64,000 nucleotides of DNA from Balanoglossus misakiensis (GCA_040954595.2 CM082577.2:16437903-16501902), one strand, 5' to 3'. Counted from the stretch's first letter, positions 14,425 through 28,771 are shown. The notes: generated by a model not told the origin, from the letters alone. Program-made: numbers and translations.

Positions 14425-15703
14425 TCTAGATCACGGGCGGGGAAGATCAGTCTGAAGATGTGTTCCTGAAATGAAATCGAAAATGCGGTTACGTTGAAAT
14501 CATACTTTGGCATCTGAAGGTAAACTCATCGGTCCCTGGTGGCATTGGTAACACCAAATTGTGTTGTAGATTTGTTACAACCAGATGTATAAACCGGATG
14601 TGGAAGGGTGTGAATTCAAAATGAAAATAATCTATTAAAAACAAGTATGACCTAAAACAGTTCTATATTTTTATGACCTACAGTAAGGATGCAATACAAA
14701 TTGACATGGCATGCAGAATTCGTTGGTACCATTGCATGTTTTGTATGTCTTTGCTTAGTAACATGGCGTGAATAATAAGAAAGATTGCCATTTAATTGGT
14801 CGCCCTACTACGAACTCGCCCCACATGGATTTCGGCCGACCCCCCCCCCCCCCCCCCACCAGGTCGTCTTGATTCCATGCCATTGGCGTCAGGACTGTAA
14901 CCATATAATGCACATAGCCCTTCCCGCCTATATAGCTGCCAAATTTCACATATTTTTTCCCACAGTAAAATACTTCGGACAGATTCAAGACGGCCCGTGA
15001 CCTCCGCGCTAAATTACATGAGGATTATACTGGAAAACTTTTGAGTCGGAGCACCATCAAATCCCGATAAGGGCAAAGCTGTATTAACCGCCATCTTGAA
15101 AACCGCGTTGCATTGTGGGACGACCGGAGGGGGGGGGGGGGGGTACCTGAAGACCCATAGCATTGTAATGTAGACATCTACCGAGACACTCTGTTCCTCC
15201 AAACGTTTTTTTTTCCGACAAACTCTCATTGCAAGGTCAGATTTCAGTTCTAATAGCCGTCTTCTGTTCTGAAAAGTATTATTATTATCGTCGAGCCGTT
15301 CCAGAAGATTTTTGAGGATCCAACAATAGCGGGTGTTGCCATTATTCATTGGTATTAAGTGCTGTTGCTATGTGTTTGACAAATTCGTTTCTGAATACGT
15401 TCAAGTAGAATTTTCGTGACACAATTAAAATAACTGTAAAATAACTAAAAATAACAAACTTTCCATAAAGTATGACCAGAAGCTGATGCTGATTACTTGG
15501 CTCGGATTACAGATGAACATGCCACGCCCCCTTTTCAAAAAAACTGTCAAAACCGCTCTGAAACATGCACAAAAATGAAAAGAATTTTTTGCATTAACTT
15601 TTGATTAGCAAGAAGTTTCCATTTCAAATCTGGTTTTTGTTTTGTTATGTAAACCAGTAAGTGAATGTGGAGATGGAAAGGAAAAAAAGCGTGAACGGCT
15701 TCA

Positions 15704-15946
15704 TTATAATGCAAGCCAAGCTGTGAAAATAGTAAGGCTAGCCATGAAAGCGTCCTTTCAAGATTTTCGTGACACCGACGTAGAAGGGTATGAAAAACTA
15801 GAATTTCAACACATAATGGAGATAATTGCAATCGTTGTGTGGTCTAATTTGTTGTATTTTCGTCTAACAAGACTTAGTGAAATTAGTCTTTGAAAGGACG
15901 CTTTCATGGCTGGCCTTAATTTTCACAGCTTGGCTTGCATTATAAT
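15704..15946. mobile_element. MITE with about 58-bp TIRs abutting the Tc1 remnant
   Basis: TTATAATGCAAGCCAAGCTGTGAAAAT..CCATGAAAGCGTCCTTTCAA and its reverse complement at about 15887-15946. Confidence 0.75.
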
Positions 15947-16453
15947 AGCCGTCCCACAGTAAAGTTTGGTGGTGGCAGTGTTATGGTTTGGGGTTGTTTC
16001 TCGGCTGCAGGTGTTGGTTCGTTCGTTCGAGGCGAGAACACCATGAATCGCTGGAAGTACTTAGACATTCTACAAAACGAAATACTACCATCGGCTTTGA
16101 GACTAGTCGGGCCCGATTTTGTGTTCCAGCAGGATAATGCCCCTGTACATACTGCCTTGGATGTGAAATCATTTCTGCAAAATCCCCAGGATTACGGCTA
16201 CCCGTTCGACAATTTCACTACATTGGAGTGGCCAGCCCAGTCTCCAGATTTGAGCCCCATCGCGAACCTGTGGGAGTTAATCGACTTGGACGTTCATTCC
16301 CGTCCAATTCACAGCATCGACGACCTGTTTGGCCGCATAGTAACATCTTGGAAACAATTCCAGCAAAATATGTGTCGGAAACTCGTCGACACTATGCCGA
16401 AGCGTCTGCGAGAGGTCATCAGGAGAAGGGGTGGACATACTCATTATTCATGA
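15947..16453 (+). mobile_element. Tc1-family transposase C-terminal remnant (DDE_3 domain)
   Basis: PTVKFGGGSVMVWGCFS, FQQDNAPVH, EWPAQSPDLSPIANLW and GGHTHY are hallmark Tc1 motifs. The catalytic E is replaced by A and the N-terminus is missing. Confidence 0.92.
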
Positions 16454-18349
16454 ATGAATATTCATGGCGTTATTTTCATTGTTGTTCCCATAAAGAATGG
16501 AACGTTTCGCTGACTCTGTAAGTTTAAAATCGCTGCGAGAACCCAAAACTTTTTCATTCAAGTAATCCGTCGCCAATAGACAGCAAATTCATGCAAATAC
16601 AGGAAATTTGGCTTAATGGTTTTTATTGTAAAGGATTGAAGCATGTTATCGTTGGTAAAAATGCGCCAAAAAGTGACAGCTCTAGAGGCTGTCAGCGTCG
16701 AAATGTCTATAGTGTAGATAATTTCTGGACATGGCGTAGACTAGTCCACTAGTCGCTTGGTGATTTTTAATTCTCAATACTTGTTCAGTGTGTTTTCGGT
16801 ATTAATAAATAATTTCAATACTTTTTGCGTGCATGCTTGCCTTCAGCGTGTTTTTGGTAGTGAGGTGAGTTTCGAATTTGGGACTGAGCTTGTGGTTTCG
16901 GGTAGCGTCGTCTGGACAGTGCGGGACAAAGTGATCAATATAGCTGGGCGAAGTTGGCCGCCGTGTTTGCACCTAGTACCTTTACATACCAACGGTATCG
17001 ATAACCCACATTCCTTGTCAAATACCTGTTATCCTTCTTGCGTCAAAACCGAACTTCTCTGTTTTTCAGAAATGATTTCTTGGATGATCGTCTATGCTGC
17101 AAAATTTCTCCACGAAGGGCCGGTCCACTCAAACCACAGGCTTCATGGGACAACCTTGGAGGTAGAAGGGACAATAAAGCTGGTAGATTCACACCGTACA
17201 ACCTTGTGTTCTTACTCTTTGAATCCTTTCCAGTGTTATATTGTTTAGGCCAGCGGTTTCTTTGTTTGCGTGCATGGCCATAAAATATGTTATATAACCG
17301 GGCTCTAATTCCACAGAACTGCACACTGCCTATCGATTGTAATTAGTAGCTCCGGTCACTCCACACACCGGGTCATGACTCAGTGTGGATAGTAGTATTG
17401 ACCAATCGGCGATTGCCATTGTGGATCAGTTGAAAAGCCTACTACATGTAAACTACATAAAGATGTCTGATTATTTGCATACTTACTGAAATAATACTTG
17501 ACCGAAAACGAAACAAACAAACGCGACGAAGAACAGACCACTGTGAAGATCGAGAGCAGGTGACCAGCTAGCGTACATGCGCAAGTGAGACAGTTTTGAA
17601 AATTCGGCTATTTGCAATTTATATCTCAGCTCGTTTACATTTCAGAGTGGAACATTTATATATATAACACAGAGTATCAACGGGTCTCTGCTCCTGGCCG
17701 ACAACTCATACTGCCGTTTTCTCACGTATTCCGCACAGACATGGTAGTAAATTTGCATACATATGAGGAATTTACCACAAACGAAACTTGCTACCGGTCC
17801 TCGTAAGTGCCGATTGGAAGGAAAATAGGTTTTAGCCGAACCGCGCCATAGATTTTATTTCCATGATTCCAGAAATCATAAATTTTATTTTTGGTGGCGG
17901 CTCGTGCATCTTCCCGTTATTTACTGCTTCGTTTTCGTTAACACGATTTTTACGGACTCAGAAACTTTGTACATTTCACAAGGCGAGAGCTACATTAGTA
18001 CATTTAACCATGCTGGTTCAAGACCTTCTTTACTGGAATTTAATCAATATGCTCAGTATTGCGATTCAAGGACACCACTCAAAATCCCGCACGCTCGCTA
18101 TGCATAGCGAGCGTATCTATGTTGACTTTATACCGGAAGTGCGGTAAGTGTGGTATATGAAAATAAGTCGCTCTCCTGAAATACCACTTTCTGTTTATTT
18201 TTGGACAGATGCATTTAAAAGACTAGAAAACTACTGCAGTGCACATTCAAGAAATACTATTATAAACACCGTTTGTGAGTTGCACAGACATGATACAAGA
18301 CCCGTCGCTCAAATACCGCACTTCCGGTCGCCTGATTCACAATGGGTGT

Positions 18350-18470
18350 ATTACCAAGACGTGAATTGAAATCGCCACAGACAAAAATAGAATCAACATC
18401 ATTATCATATGAATACAATGACTCAACGGGTGTCAAAAAAGCATATGTGATCATCTCCAAAGAAACGTAC
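18350..18470 (-). mobile_element. LINE apurinic endonuclease fragment
   Basis: IFVCGDFNSRLG motif in ORF 18260-18544. Confidence 0.5.
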
Positions 18471-18477
18471 TGTCGGA

Positions 18478-18920
18478 CAAAACGTGTCCACACACACCGT
18501 GCTGGGACCATAGTCGGACCAGAGTCGACCACAAACCACCCCATTAGACTGGGACCAAAATTGTCCGGACAAGGGTCGGCCAGACCCGTTCACACCTGTT
18601 TTTTTGCTCGGCCACGTACCTTGCTAGGACAAGGGCCTAGCCTCTTTGGGTAATGTGAACGGCCTAATAGACTACACTGTTAGTGTCAATCGTGAAAGGT
18701 GTCAACCAGGACCAGAATCGGACAACTTGAAACGTGTCCACGCACACCAGGCTGGGACCAAAGTCGGACTAGAGTCAACCACAAACCACCCCATTCGACT
18801 GGGACAAAAATTGTCCGGACAAGGGTCGGCCAGACCCGTTCACATCTGGGTTTTTTTGCTTGGCCACATACCTTGCTAGGACAAGGGCCTAGCCTTTTTG
18901 AGTAATGTGAACGGCCTAAT
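18478..18920. repeat. Direct duplication of a unit of about 190 bp (period about 250 bp)
   Basis: AAACGTGTCCAC..TAATGTGAACGGCCTAAT occurs at about 18480-18669 and 18730-18920. Confidence 0.85.
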
Positions 18921-20938
18921 CGTGTTCACAAACTGCAACATGCAGTCACAATCAGGCATCGGTAAGGCGTTCATGTATACCTATCCGTATAAATGTCTTG
19001 AACATGGGCAGTGTCTTGTAACATACTGTTGCTACGACAGCATTGTATTCTCCTCATCCTTTACACCGTAGGCACACATAGAAAAGTAAACTGAATTTTT
19101 ATGATTGATTTGTGTATCACAGTGTTATGTTTTTCTGAGATCTTGGTTGGTGCAAGATGAGTTTGTAGTGATCAACATTGTGTAATTTGGCTCGGGTCTC
19201 TGTACTTTCATATTTTGTCAATGTTGAGTTTTATCCGGTCAATAATAAAACATGCTATTGTTTCCCCAAATATACCTTACTTAATTGTTTCTCTGTCTCA
19301 TGTGTGATACTCATCCACGTTATTGAACTTGATACTGGAATCAGTTTTCTGTCTACAGATAAAACTTGGTAAAGCAACTGCCAATCTTCTTATAGCCTCT
19401 AGAGCTGCCACTTTTTGCATTATTTCCATGACTTTATTTTCCAACTTCAATTGGTCTATCAAAATAAGGTTATATTCATGGATGAAAAAAGTTTGCCTAG
19501 TCCTAGTGTTTATTACGATTCATCCTTTGAAAATATTCATATTTGAAAATACATTGGTGTTGGCATTCATATTATATAACATTTTGAAATAAAGTTTGCG
19601 CATAGATGAGACTGGAATATACTGATAGCCGTTGTGCGCATTATTACATGCCGGCATGGATCAATGTGAGTGCAAAATCAATGCATAATTTATTCGAATA
19701 GGCAACATCCGGGAATGTAGAGGACCGATTTCCAAGGCTATCATGTCTCATCAAACCGGCCTGGTGAGTCATGTAATAAAAACTACTATTGTCAAAATAC
19801 ATGGTGTATGCATTCAGGCAATAATATCTAAAACAGATGCCTATCCACTGATACTACTAGTGGGCAATGGTTTCATTTGTGTATTTCGCTATAAGAATTT
19901 TGTGTTCTGCCGGTCGAGGCGACATCTTTTGCATTCGTTTAGTAGCATCTACAACACGTTGACGTCTTTTTCCAATAATATAGGTCTTCCGCCACAAAAC
20001 GCCCCTTTCAGATTAAATTAAGGGGGCACTGCGCATCGCAAAATTCTCCAAAATTATAGTTTACAATGATATTTCATTTTTTCCGATAAACATAAAGACA
20101 CAACCAGGTCGGCAATGTCGCGCTGGCAGAAATCATGATGTAAACCGGAAGTTCAGTTTTGACATTTGATATTTTGCAGACCAAAGCGCAGAATAATGGA
20201 CAAAACTTAGAATTAATCGAGAGACGCGATTTACCTTAAATAAAGAATTATGTTATTATCATAATCGTAATAATAATGGTATCATTTTTAGTCACAAAGA
20301 ATAATTGTAAGGTTTGTTTTCCCGAATACACATTTAGAAGTCGGTTTTCTCAAGCGCTAGACTGCGCATACGCTCTCTTGAGACGCGCGATCATTTCGTT
20401 GTTTGACCATAAGGCCAAAATAAAAAATTATGTGCTGTTCCGATTACCCGTCCTACCCTAATTTTAACCCGCCTATCCTAAACGCTTTAGAGCTTCGTTA
20501 ATCCGGAAGTAAAAAAAAGATGTGTCACTAACATGGTTGTCACTAACATATACCACTACAAAACAGTCTACAAACTTCTCCATATCTGATTATCTCGAGA
20601 TGTGATATTAGGTGAATATGGTTAAGACAACATTTCCCATTATAAACCCAAATCTCCAAGTCGCACCACGGTCGCGCGGATACGCTCCATGACAACTTTC
20701 CCCCACACAGATTTAGACGTGGTGGCTGTTGTTACCAATCTATTATTATGAGGTTATTACGAAAATGCCGCAAAGTATGCACGAGGACATGCGCTAATGT
20801 CTGAATTTGGAGTCCACCAGTTACAGATGCGTTTACGGAAAAAACAATAGGATTGTAGGATAGAGTGTTTGGTGGCGTGGTCAACTCACAATGATCATAT
20901 CTCAAACTCGTCAGCTCCTCGAGTTTATCGATTCATTT

Positions 20939-21493
20939 CTGTTGGGGTCAGGCAGGGACGTATCCTAAGCCCTACATTTTTCAGTTGCTTTATGTACATG
21001 ACAGCTGGTATTATGGGTGTTCATCTTACCAAGAATTGTATGATTTTTTCTGTCTTTTATATACGCAGATGATGTCGTCATTTTTGCTGATTGTAACACA
21101 AAAGCAGTTGAAGATGAGTACCACTTTCTAGTAATATGTCCATTGTATAACAATTTCAGAGTACGATACTTACCGGCGGATCTGTTTTTAGAGCCAAACT
21201 TTCATAAGTTTATCAATGTAATGAACACAAATGGTTCAGATACCACATTCAGACTTTGTAATTGGGTACATAGAGCAGTCAAGCTCAGAGAAAGAGCCGA
21301 TGAAAATGTCTAATATTTTCACTACAGATTTGTGTATTTTCCCACTGTACTTTACTTCCGCATATTGTTTTCATATTCACGAGGTATATGTAATATTTGT
21401 AGTGATGAAGTGATAGAAACACTCAATGTACCCCCCCCCCCCTTTGCACATGGGCCGGAGGCCTTGAAATGCAAATAAAAATATTATTATTAT
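20939..21493 (+). mobile_element. Degenerate, internally deleted LINE (L2/CR1/Crack-like) 3' end
   Basis: GVRQGRILSPTFF and YADDVVIFAD reverse transcriptase motifs, then EDEYHFLVICPLYNNFR, AATAAA and a (TAT)n tail. Confidence 0.8.
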
Positions 21494-21767
21494 AAAAAGT
21501 CACATGTCTAATCGGTGCAATTTAATTGGTTCGAACAGAAATATGTTGGAGTCAGATAGAAGAACACACCACCTACAATGTCCCAATATTATACGTAACA
21601 TTTGTATTTCATTTGGGACCTAACTTTGTGTCCTAAACCCCTGCGTCGCTCACTGTTATTGGTAGCTCTAATGTCCGTATTACCTATTTCCTTTCAATCA
21701 CTGGCTGCCGCTAGGTCCCTACGTCTTACTACTACATGTATTTACTGTTCCGAATACAATTTAAAGT

Positions 21768-23334
21768 GAAGGAGTCACTCACTATGCATTGACAGTCACG
21801 GTAATCTTCACATATGAAGTTCACTGATCATTGCATGTTTTCTGATCTAGTCTTTAACATAACCATTTGATGATCTACATGTATCATTATTGAATGATAA
21901 ATGATTTGCGTCACCCTGACTGTTACTTAGGTATCGCTTCCGCCTGAGATTGTCGTAGATCTTTGTAAACATTTCAACAGGGCAAAACTTAAATATGTAT
22001 GACATGTCTTTCGCAGGAATGGATATGCAATTTGCGCGTACCAGCGTTCTGCTTTAAAATCAATTTCCTCGCCAACATTTACAGTGGACATGGTCATAAA
22101 TTCCGATTTATCTATAGTTGTTTGACCTATAAGTTAAGACACTCTGAAAAGGGTATATAAGACATTGGTGCTATTTCAAACACAGTGTTAACTTTTACCT
22201 CACAACTTTCATTATGTGAACTTTATCTCAATTTCTCATTTTTACGTGTTGTATGCGCTATCGGCCTATTCTGCATTTCAAATCATCGTGACTACTACAG
22301 CATACGTGTCACTGGAAAGACTTGACGCCGTCGGTGGCTACATTGGTTTCCATTATGTAACTGAGTTGGTATTTGCAGGGTGTACAACATCCATATTTCT
22401 ACCAGAAGCAAAGATCACCAGTGGTAAATTGTGTTTTTTGCTGTTTGAGGTTCATTGTAGTAATATAGAGTTGCCATTTTTTTAAATATTGTTTTCGTGA
22501 TTATACTATCCAACTTAGATTGGTCCATCAGAATTTGCTTACTGATAGTTATACATTTACATCTTGTCGATGCCCGAGTGTGACTGTATGTTGCAATTTG
22601 AACAAGTGATATATGAAAGGGCGCCGAAGCAGTTTAATCGGCCTCCATACAAAACACGTGGTATGCGTTCTGTATTTCTTTTGCCTTTAATAATAATTAT
22701 AAGACAAAGGTTTATGAATTTCATTTTCTGGGTGCACACTACCTGAAAGACACTTCAATTGATGTGGTAACCGAAGTTCGCATTTGTTTTTTTCTCTACA
22801 GCCAATAGGGTTGACATCAAGGTTCTCACTACTCAACACAGATGTAGCTACTTTGATGAGAATAATTGACAGAATGATGGTTGTAAGGTATACAAATTAA
22901 TATCTTTTAAATTGTGCAAAAAAGAAATGCTCTATGTACTGGCAATTGATGAAACTAATAAATACAAGTGGCAATCAATGTGATTTTAGTGGATACTGTA
23001 GATACATATGCAACAAAAACTAAAAAAATCTGAATTTGCTGCACCTTAGGATTGGTGCTGACACGTGGAAAATACTGTAAACGTAATTAGCACTTTATGT
23101 AAGTGAGGACGCTTTTCCATTATACATCGTAGCTGGGACGTAAACCAAGTGTTTGATCTTGTTTCACTTGCAGAGAAACGCCCACTGCTGTGTCAGTATG
23201 TATTTTTTCTGCTTGTTGTCTTGCAGGTGTCACCAAAATCCGACTTCAATTCTACCCTGTGTCTGTGTAATCACCTGACTGTTTTCAGTGCAATGGTTGG
23301 AGTTGTTGAATCTGATGGACGATGCCACGTTTAG
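21768..23334 (+). pseudogene. 3' remnant (exons 10-13) of the lectin-GAIN/GPS gene, copy A
   Basis: Aligns by eye with 38166-39490 and 43995-44197. The exon 11 acceptor is lost (CAG>TAT), there is a 24-nt deletion and a TGG>TGA stop at 22867. The last exon 23227-23334 reads VSPKSDFNSTLCLCNHLTVFSAMVGVVESDGRCHV*. Confidence 0.85.
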
Positions 23335-24041
23335 CACAGGGGCGTCCGTTTGATCTACAGAAGTGACAAAATAAGCTTTTGAGGACGAGTTCTAAACAAA
23401 TGCTGTACCATTCAAAATATTATCGTGTTTCTTTTAGACTTTATGAAGCAAGAAGTGTTCATATAGCCGTTTTGGAAAACGTTTTTGTTGATAATGCATT
23501 AAATGTGAAAAGCATAGATGTACATTTAGCGAGAGTTGCATGCCAATATACTTGTCCGAAAGAGAAGCGTTTGGATGAGAATTTGATGTACCCCTCGACT
23601 ACCACCAGACAGGTAACTTGAAATACCAAACAAACTACATATCCTTATTACGTTTCGCCGGAATTATCGGGCATGCAAGGAACAATGTGTATAGCAATTA
23701 GATATGGTGCCGGAAATTTTCGGCACTCTGTAGTAAAGGGTTTAAAAGAATTGCATTTTGTTAGGTTGCGTGCGTCTATGATTTATTTTGTTTATATAAT
23801 ACAATGTAATATATACATTTCTTTATAATCTACCAGGATATGATACATACATACATACATATATATGGATCAATATTTCTGTTTTTTTTTAATGACCAGT
23901 ACCGTCACTTTCCATCGTAATAACTAGTAATATCACTTGTCGTTAATTAGTGGGTTTTTAGTATTCTGTAACTTTAAAACAAATTGTATGTATTTGCCTT
24001 GGATTGCTCTGGATAATTCTGGTTGACATTAAAGCGTACAC

Positions 24042-24223
24042 TTAAAGGTATACGGTCACCTCCAATTTACATATCGCCATATATAGTTGAAATGGCGTAT
24101 TTGAGTGTTCTAAAGAACACTTTATTTTCGCGTGTGCCACCCACTGAAAATCTGTGATTGGTTAGATCTCGATTTACCATGGTAACTGTGGCTAAATTTG
24201 TATAGGTGACCGTATACCTTTAA
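24042..24223. mobile_element. TTAA-flanked MITE (Kolobok/piggyBac-like)
   Basis: TTAA-AGGTATACGGTCACCT ... AGGTGACCGTATACCT-TTAA; the paralogous site at about 44615 is empty. Confidence 0.85.
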
Positions 24224-24660
24224 TGTGTAGTATGTATGTATGGCGCCTTATTCCCACGAAAGTCCAAAGGGCTCTGGCGATAGCAATTCAGGTCACTGAT
24301 ATTGAGCAACACCCTGCTCATTATTCAGTTAATACATAGTAGATCATGGTGAGCTGTGACCTGAGTTGCTAGTTGTTTGAGTCCTTTGACACGCAAATAG
24401 AAATTCAAAACTGAAGACCAAGTGAGCAAAGCGAAATATTCCCCACACAAGTCTAGATTCTAGACTAGCATGTCATAGGCCCTATGCATTCAAGGTCTCG
24501 CTGCACTATCATGATCATGGCTATTGTTCCATGATGACGCTATATAGGTCACTCCTGAGGTCGCCTTCATTCTATCACCTGATCTCTACGCCACTGTGAG
24601 GTCACGGTGATCAAGTTTAATATTTCGTGATCGGCGCTGGTGTTAGGTTGAAATTTCCGA

Positions 24661-27600
24661 ATGACACATTCACCAAGACTTGCTTTGGCCGTCAGACGGT
24701 GGTCAAGAGTGGCGCCGTTCTCTCAAACAAGCAGAAACGCGGGTACGACAGACGAGGCCAATGCGAATGGCGGCGTCAAGCCGTTTGAGGACATCCCCCG
24801 TCCAAGGAACAAACTCCTCTCGTACATCGATATCTTCCGCAAGGGTGGGCTGTCACGACTGGACGAGTACTTCAAGTGGCGCCGTGAGACCTTTGGTCCA
24901 ATCTGGAGGGAAAATTTCGGGATAGTCAATTGTGTTGTCGTTGCAGATCCAGTCGCCGCAAAAGCCGTCACTCATGCTGAAGGCAAATATCCGCGTCGTG
25001 TTCCTGTGGAACCGTGGCTACTCTATCGGAAAATGGGAGGGTATTCGCTTGGCGTGTTTCTGACGTAAGTAGCTGTGTGTTACCGCCAGTAGAAAAGTTT
25101 GTGCGTGTTTCGCACCAGCTCTGACCAAAATGTAGCTGGGCGCCGGTGATACTGAGGCAAATTGAGCAACCTCTCTGTCTCTGCCCATTTGCTATGTTTA
25201 CATTCTAGGTTGACCTTTGGTCTCTACATAGCACGGAATCGCAGTCTCTCTATAGGGACTTTGACAGAATTTATTGTTACGACTCCTTTAACCCTTTCAC
25301 CCCAGTTGCCTCTATAAAAGACCTACCTCAACCTAGTCTGGTCCCCTGCCCCATTCCCACCGCTGGCTGCGCTACTCTAAAAGGAGAGGGGTCAGGTATG
25401 GGCCGACATCATGGTCAAAAACCTGGCCGGCATATTATAATGAAACAAAGACCACGTGATCATAAGCAAGATGGACGCCCCCAATGTCCGTACGCCAATA
25501 AGAGCCATATTTACAATAGCCCGAATAGGAAACACGGACACAGTGTTTCTTTTTTTAACTGTGGTGAGCAGCAAAATCGATGGTCAGTGTATTACTAATG
25601 TGCAGCTCAAACCGTTTTCATTGTAAAACAGTGAAGGGGAAGACTGGCAACGCCATCGCAGTGTACTAAACAGACCATTGCTCCGCCGCAAAGAAGTTGC
25701 TGCTCAGACGAGTACATTGAATGATGTCGCCGATGATTTCGTGGCGAAGATCCGCCGTGTGCATTTAAGTCCAGCTAAAGCCACCACCGACTTAGATGAC
25801 GACTTATGCCGCTGGTCTATGGAAGGTACAGAAAATCTGTTGAACATGTTCACGTTAAAAATAAATCAGACTTTGCACATTTGTCATCAATCTTATGAAA
25901 TGATGTTTTTATCAGAGATAACCGTCTATGATGTCATATGATTACATTTCCGTATGATTTATGTGTGATGCTATATATTGAAGATAAAATAGTAAACAAT
26001 GAGTCTCATTCAGTCATTGCCGTTCGTAGTGGGGAGATGGGGGCAGCAAATATACGAATACATACAGCCCACCTGTATATTTATGCAAATGGCTAAGCAA
26101 GCATATGTTAATAGGAATCTACAGTCAAACCTGTCTATAGTGGCCTGTCAATAGCCTTCCCTTAACTGGCCTTTATAGACAGGTGGCATTTATATACATT
26201 TACATGTCCATTTATGCACATGTAAATTGCACAGGGACTGTAACAAAGTTAGAGATGGTCTATAGAGGTTACCACTAACACAGGTTTGACGGTATCACGT
26301 TTGATCTCATAAGAGCACAGTGTTTTAGCCGTGCAATTCTCTCTACCTTAAAAAGGGATTTGCTACCTAGGTGAGTGATACAAATCTCAAATGGTCGACA
26401 CAATTTCAAGATGGCCGATTTTTGCCATGTTTAAGAAAGGGGAGTTCATAAGTTAGTTATATTCTGTCATTCTGATACTTTGTAACAGAAAAAAAATGAA
26501 AATTGTGAAAATAGCAGAAATGTTTGACCAAAGGAAGTCATGAAATACACTAAACATGTCATTTCTTCTATCTCTTCTTACTACATTCATTTGTCGACTT
26601 TTTACTCATAATGCAATTATTCTAATGTGCTTTGACCTCCTAGCACAAAGTGGAAACCTATTAAAGGCAACCAGAATTGATTTGTTATTTTCATTCGAAA
26701 CAGGAATGGCAGCAACTCTCTTTGAAAAACGACTTGGATTGCTAGACGACACAGTGGATCCGCAATCAGAAGAATTTATCAAAGCATCCAAAGATTTTTT
26801 CGAATACTCTTCAGCTCTAGTCTTCTTACCTTTGAAAATACAAGTGAAGTTGAACCTGCCGGCATGGAAAGGACTGAGACGTGCCGCAAAAACGCTTTTC
26901 GACATAAGTAAGATTTTGCTTTCTTTAATGTAGAAATATGGCCTATGTGTATATCTGAAACTATTCTGTATGTGAATTTTATGAGCTTATTACGAAAATA
27001 CCACAAAGTATGCACGAGGACATTAGCGCCGCGTATCGCCTAATGTCCGAGATCATACTTTGCGGTATTTTCGTAATAACCTTATTAATATACATCTTAC
27101 CTCTCAGTTTGTTCTTGTGTTGCATATTACTTGGCTTTCAAACGCTGGTACGGTCGATCGTAACCGCTCTGCTGAAACACAGTACACAGTGAACAGCCAT
27201 CTTCCTTTATTATTTACATTAGAGTGGGGTTTTCATGAAACCGTCAGCATAACAGTGCATACCTGTACACGGCGTGTTGGGGCGCCTTGAAACTTAAGGC
27301 ATATTTAACACGCATTCCGTACGTACCGTTCCGTACGTACCGTTCCGTACGGCTTTTTAGTGCACGCTAAATTCTATTGTTCTCGGTGCCAGATATATAA
27401 TAATTTTTATTTTTATATAATTCTTTATTTAATAAGCCGAATGTCATATAAGAGAAACAGTTGCTGGGAATGAAATATCGAACAATTCTTCAAAGGCCGA
27501 CGATGATGGACATAAACGTGAAATCATACCATATTTGTACGCATCTGGAAAACTTTCTGATGGAGAAATATTGGCCAATGCTACAGAGCTGTTTGGTGCA

Positions 27601-27699
27601 TCAGTTGATACAGTATGTATGTATGTATGTATGTATGTATGTATGTATGTATGTATGTATGTATGTATGTATGTATGTATGTATGTATGTATGTATGTA

Positions 27700-27759
<60 letters not shown>

Positions 27760-28738
27760 TGCGTGCGTGTGTGTGTGTATGTATGTATGTATGTACGTAC
27801 GTACACGTACGTACGTACGCACGCACGCACGCACGCAAGCACGCACGAACGCACGCACGAACGTACGTATGTATGTATGTAAAATAATAAAAACGGAGGA
27901 AGGAACTAGTTATCGATGAAGCTAATCTCTACAGCATTAACCCGTTTCTCGTACCGTGCAATGGAATGCAACTTTTTTGCTGCCTTTTTTTTAAACAGAC
28001 ATCAACCACTATGAAATGGACATTAGATTTGCTGGCCTGGAACAAGGATGCTCAGGAAAGTCTATATCGTGAGGTCAGTGCTGTTGTGCCAAAAGGACAG
28101 GCAGTTACCCAGGAACATTTGAAAGAATTGCACTATCTGAAGGCCGTCATTCGCGAAAGTATGAGGTATTGTTGTATTAATTGTAATAATAATGACCATA
28201 CTATTACGTCATATGTTTTTTTTCAGAATAGATATCACCTTCATTTTGACTGTATAAACTTTATTGTAATTAAGAGAGAAGGTTTGATCGAAAATAGCCT
28301 TCAGTCACCTTAGCAGAAGTAATTGATTCCTTGATTTTAACAGTAAGCTAATATAATGAATTGTAATTAAAACTTCAAAAACTTGAATACTTGATAATTT
28401 CTACATACTTTAATTGTGAATATTCATCCTCACCTGTACCATCACATTTCACAGACTCTATCCTGCCGTGAATGGTTTCTTTCGTATTCTCGCATCTGAT
28501 GCTGTTCTGTGTGGATACCATGTGCCTGCAGGGGTGAGTTGTTGTATGGGTTGTCAGTATTTGCTTCCTTCCTTTAACCTGTGAAATAATTACAATGTTA
28601 ATAGCAACATACTAAACAGACTGCAATTACGTAATTGGTCACCCATCTCCCATACACTGAAGACATAGGAAGTTTGTAATTTACACATGCATGCATTCAT
28701 TCATTCATTCATTCATTCATACATTCATACATTCATAC

Positions 28739-28771
<33 letters not shown>

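Noticed and set aside
15014-15349. 111-aa ORF
   Set aside because: No recognisable motif and it crosses a poly-G tract; possibly a repeat relic but unsupported
16757-17324. Cluster of overlapping ORFs next to the Tc1 remnant
   Set aside because: No identifiable domain; partly a dispersed repeat also found at about 53.9 kb
22867-22869. In-frame TGA as selenocysteine or readthrough
   Set aside because: It replaces a conserved GPS Trp (TGG) in a copy that also has a lost acceptor and truncation; ordinary pseudogene decay
27444-27919. Overlapping ORFs with MYVC/HTYI repeats (also at 6774, 28687, 45897, 54090)
   Set aside because: They are translations of microsatellites
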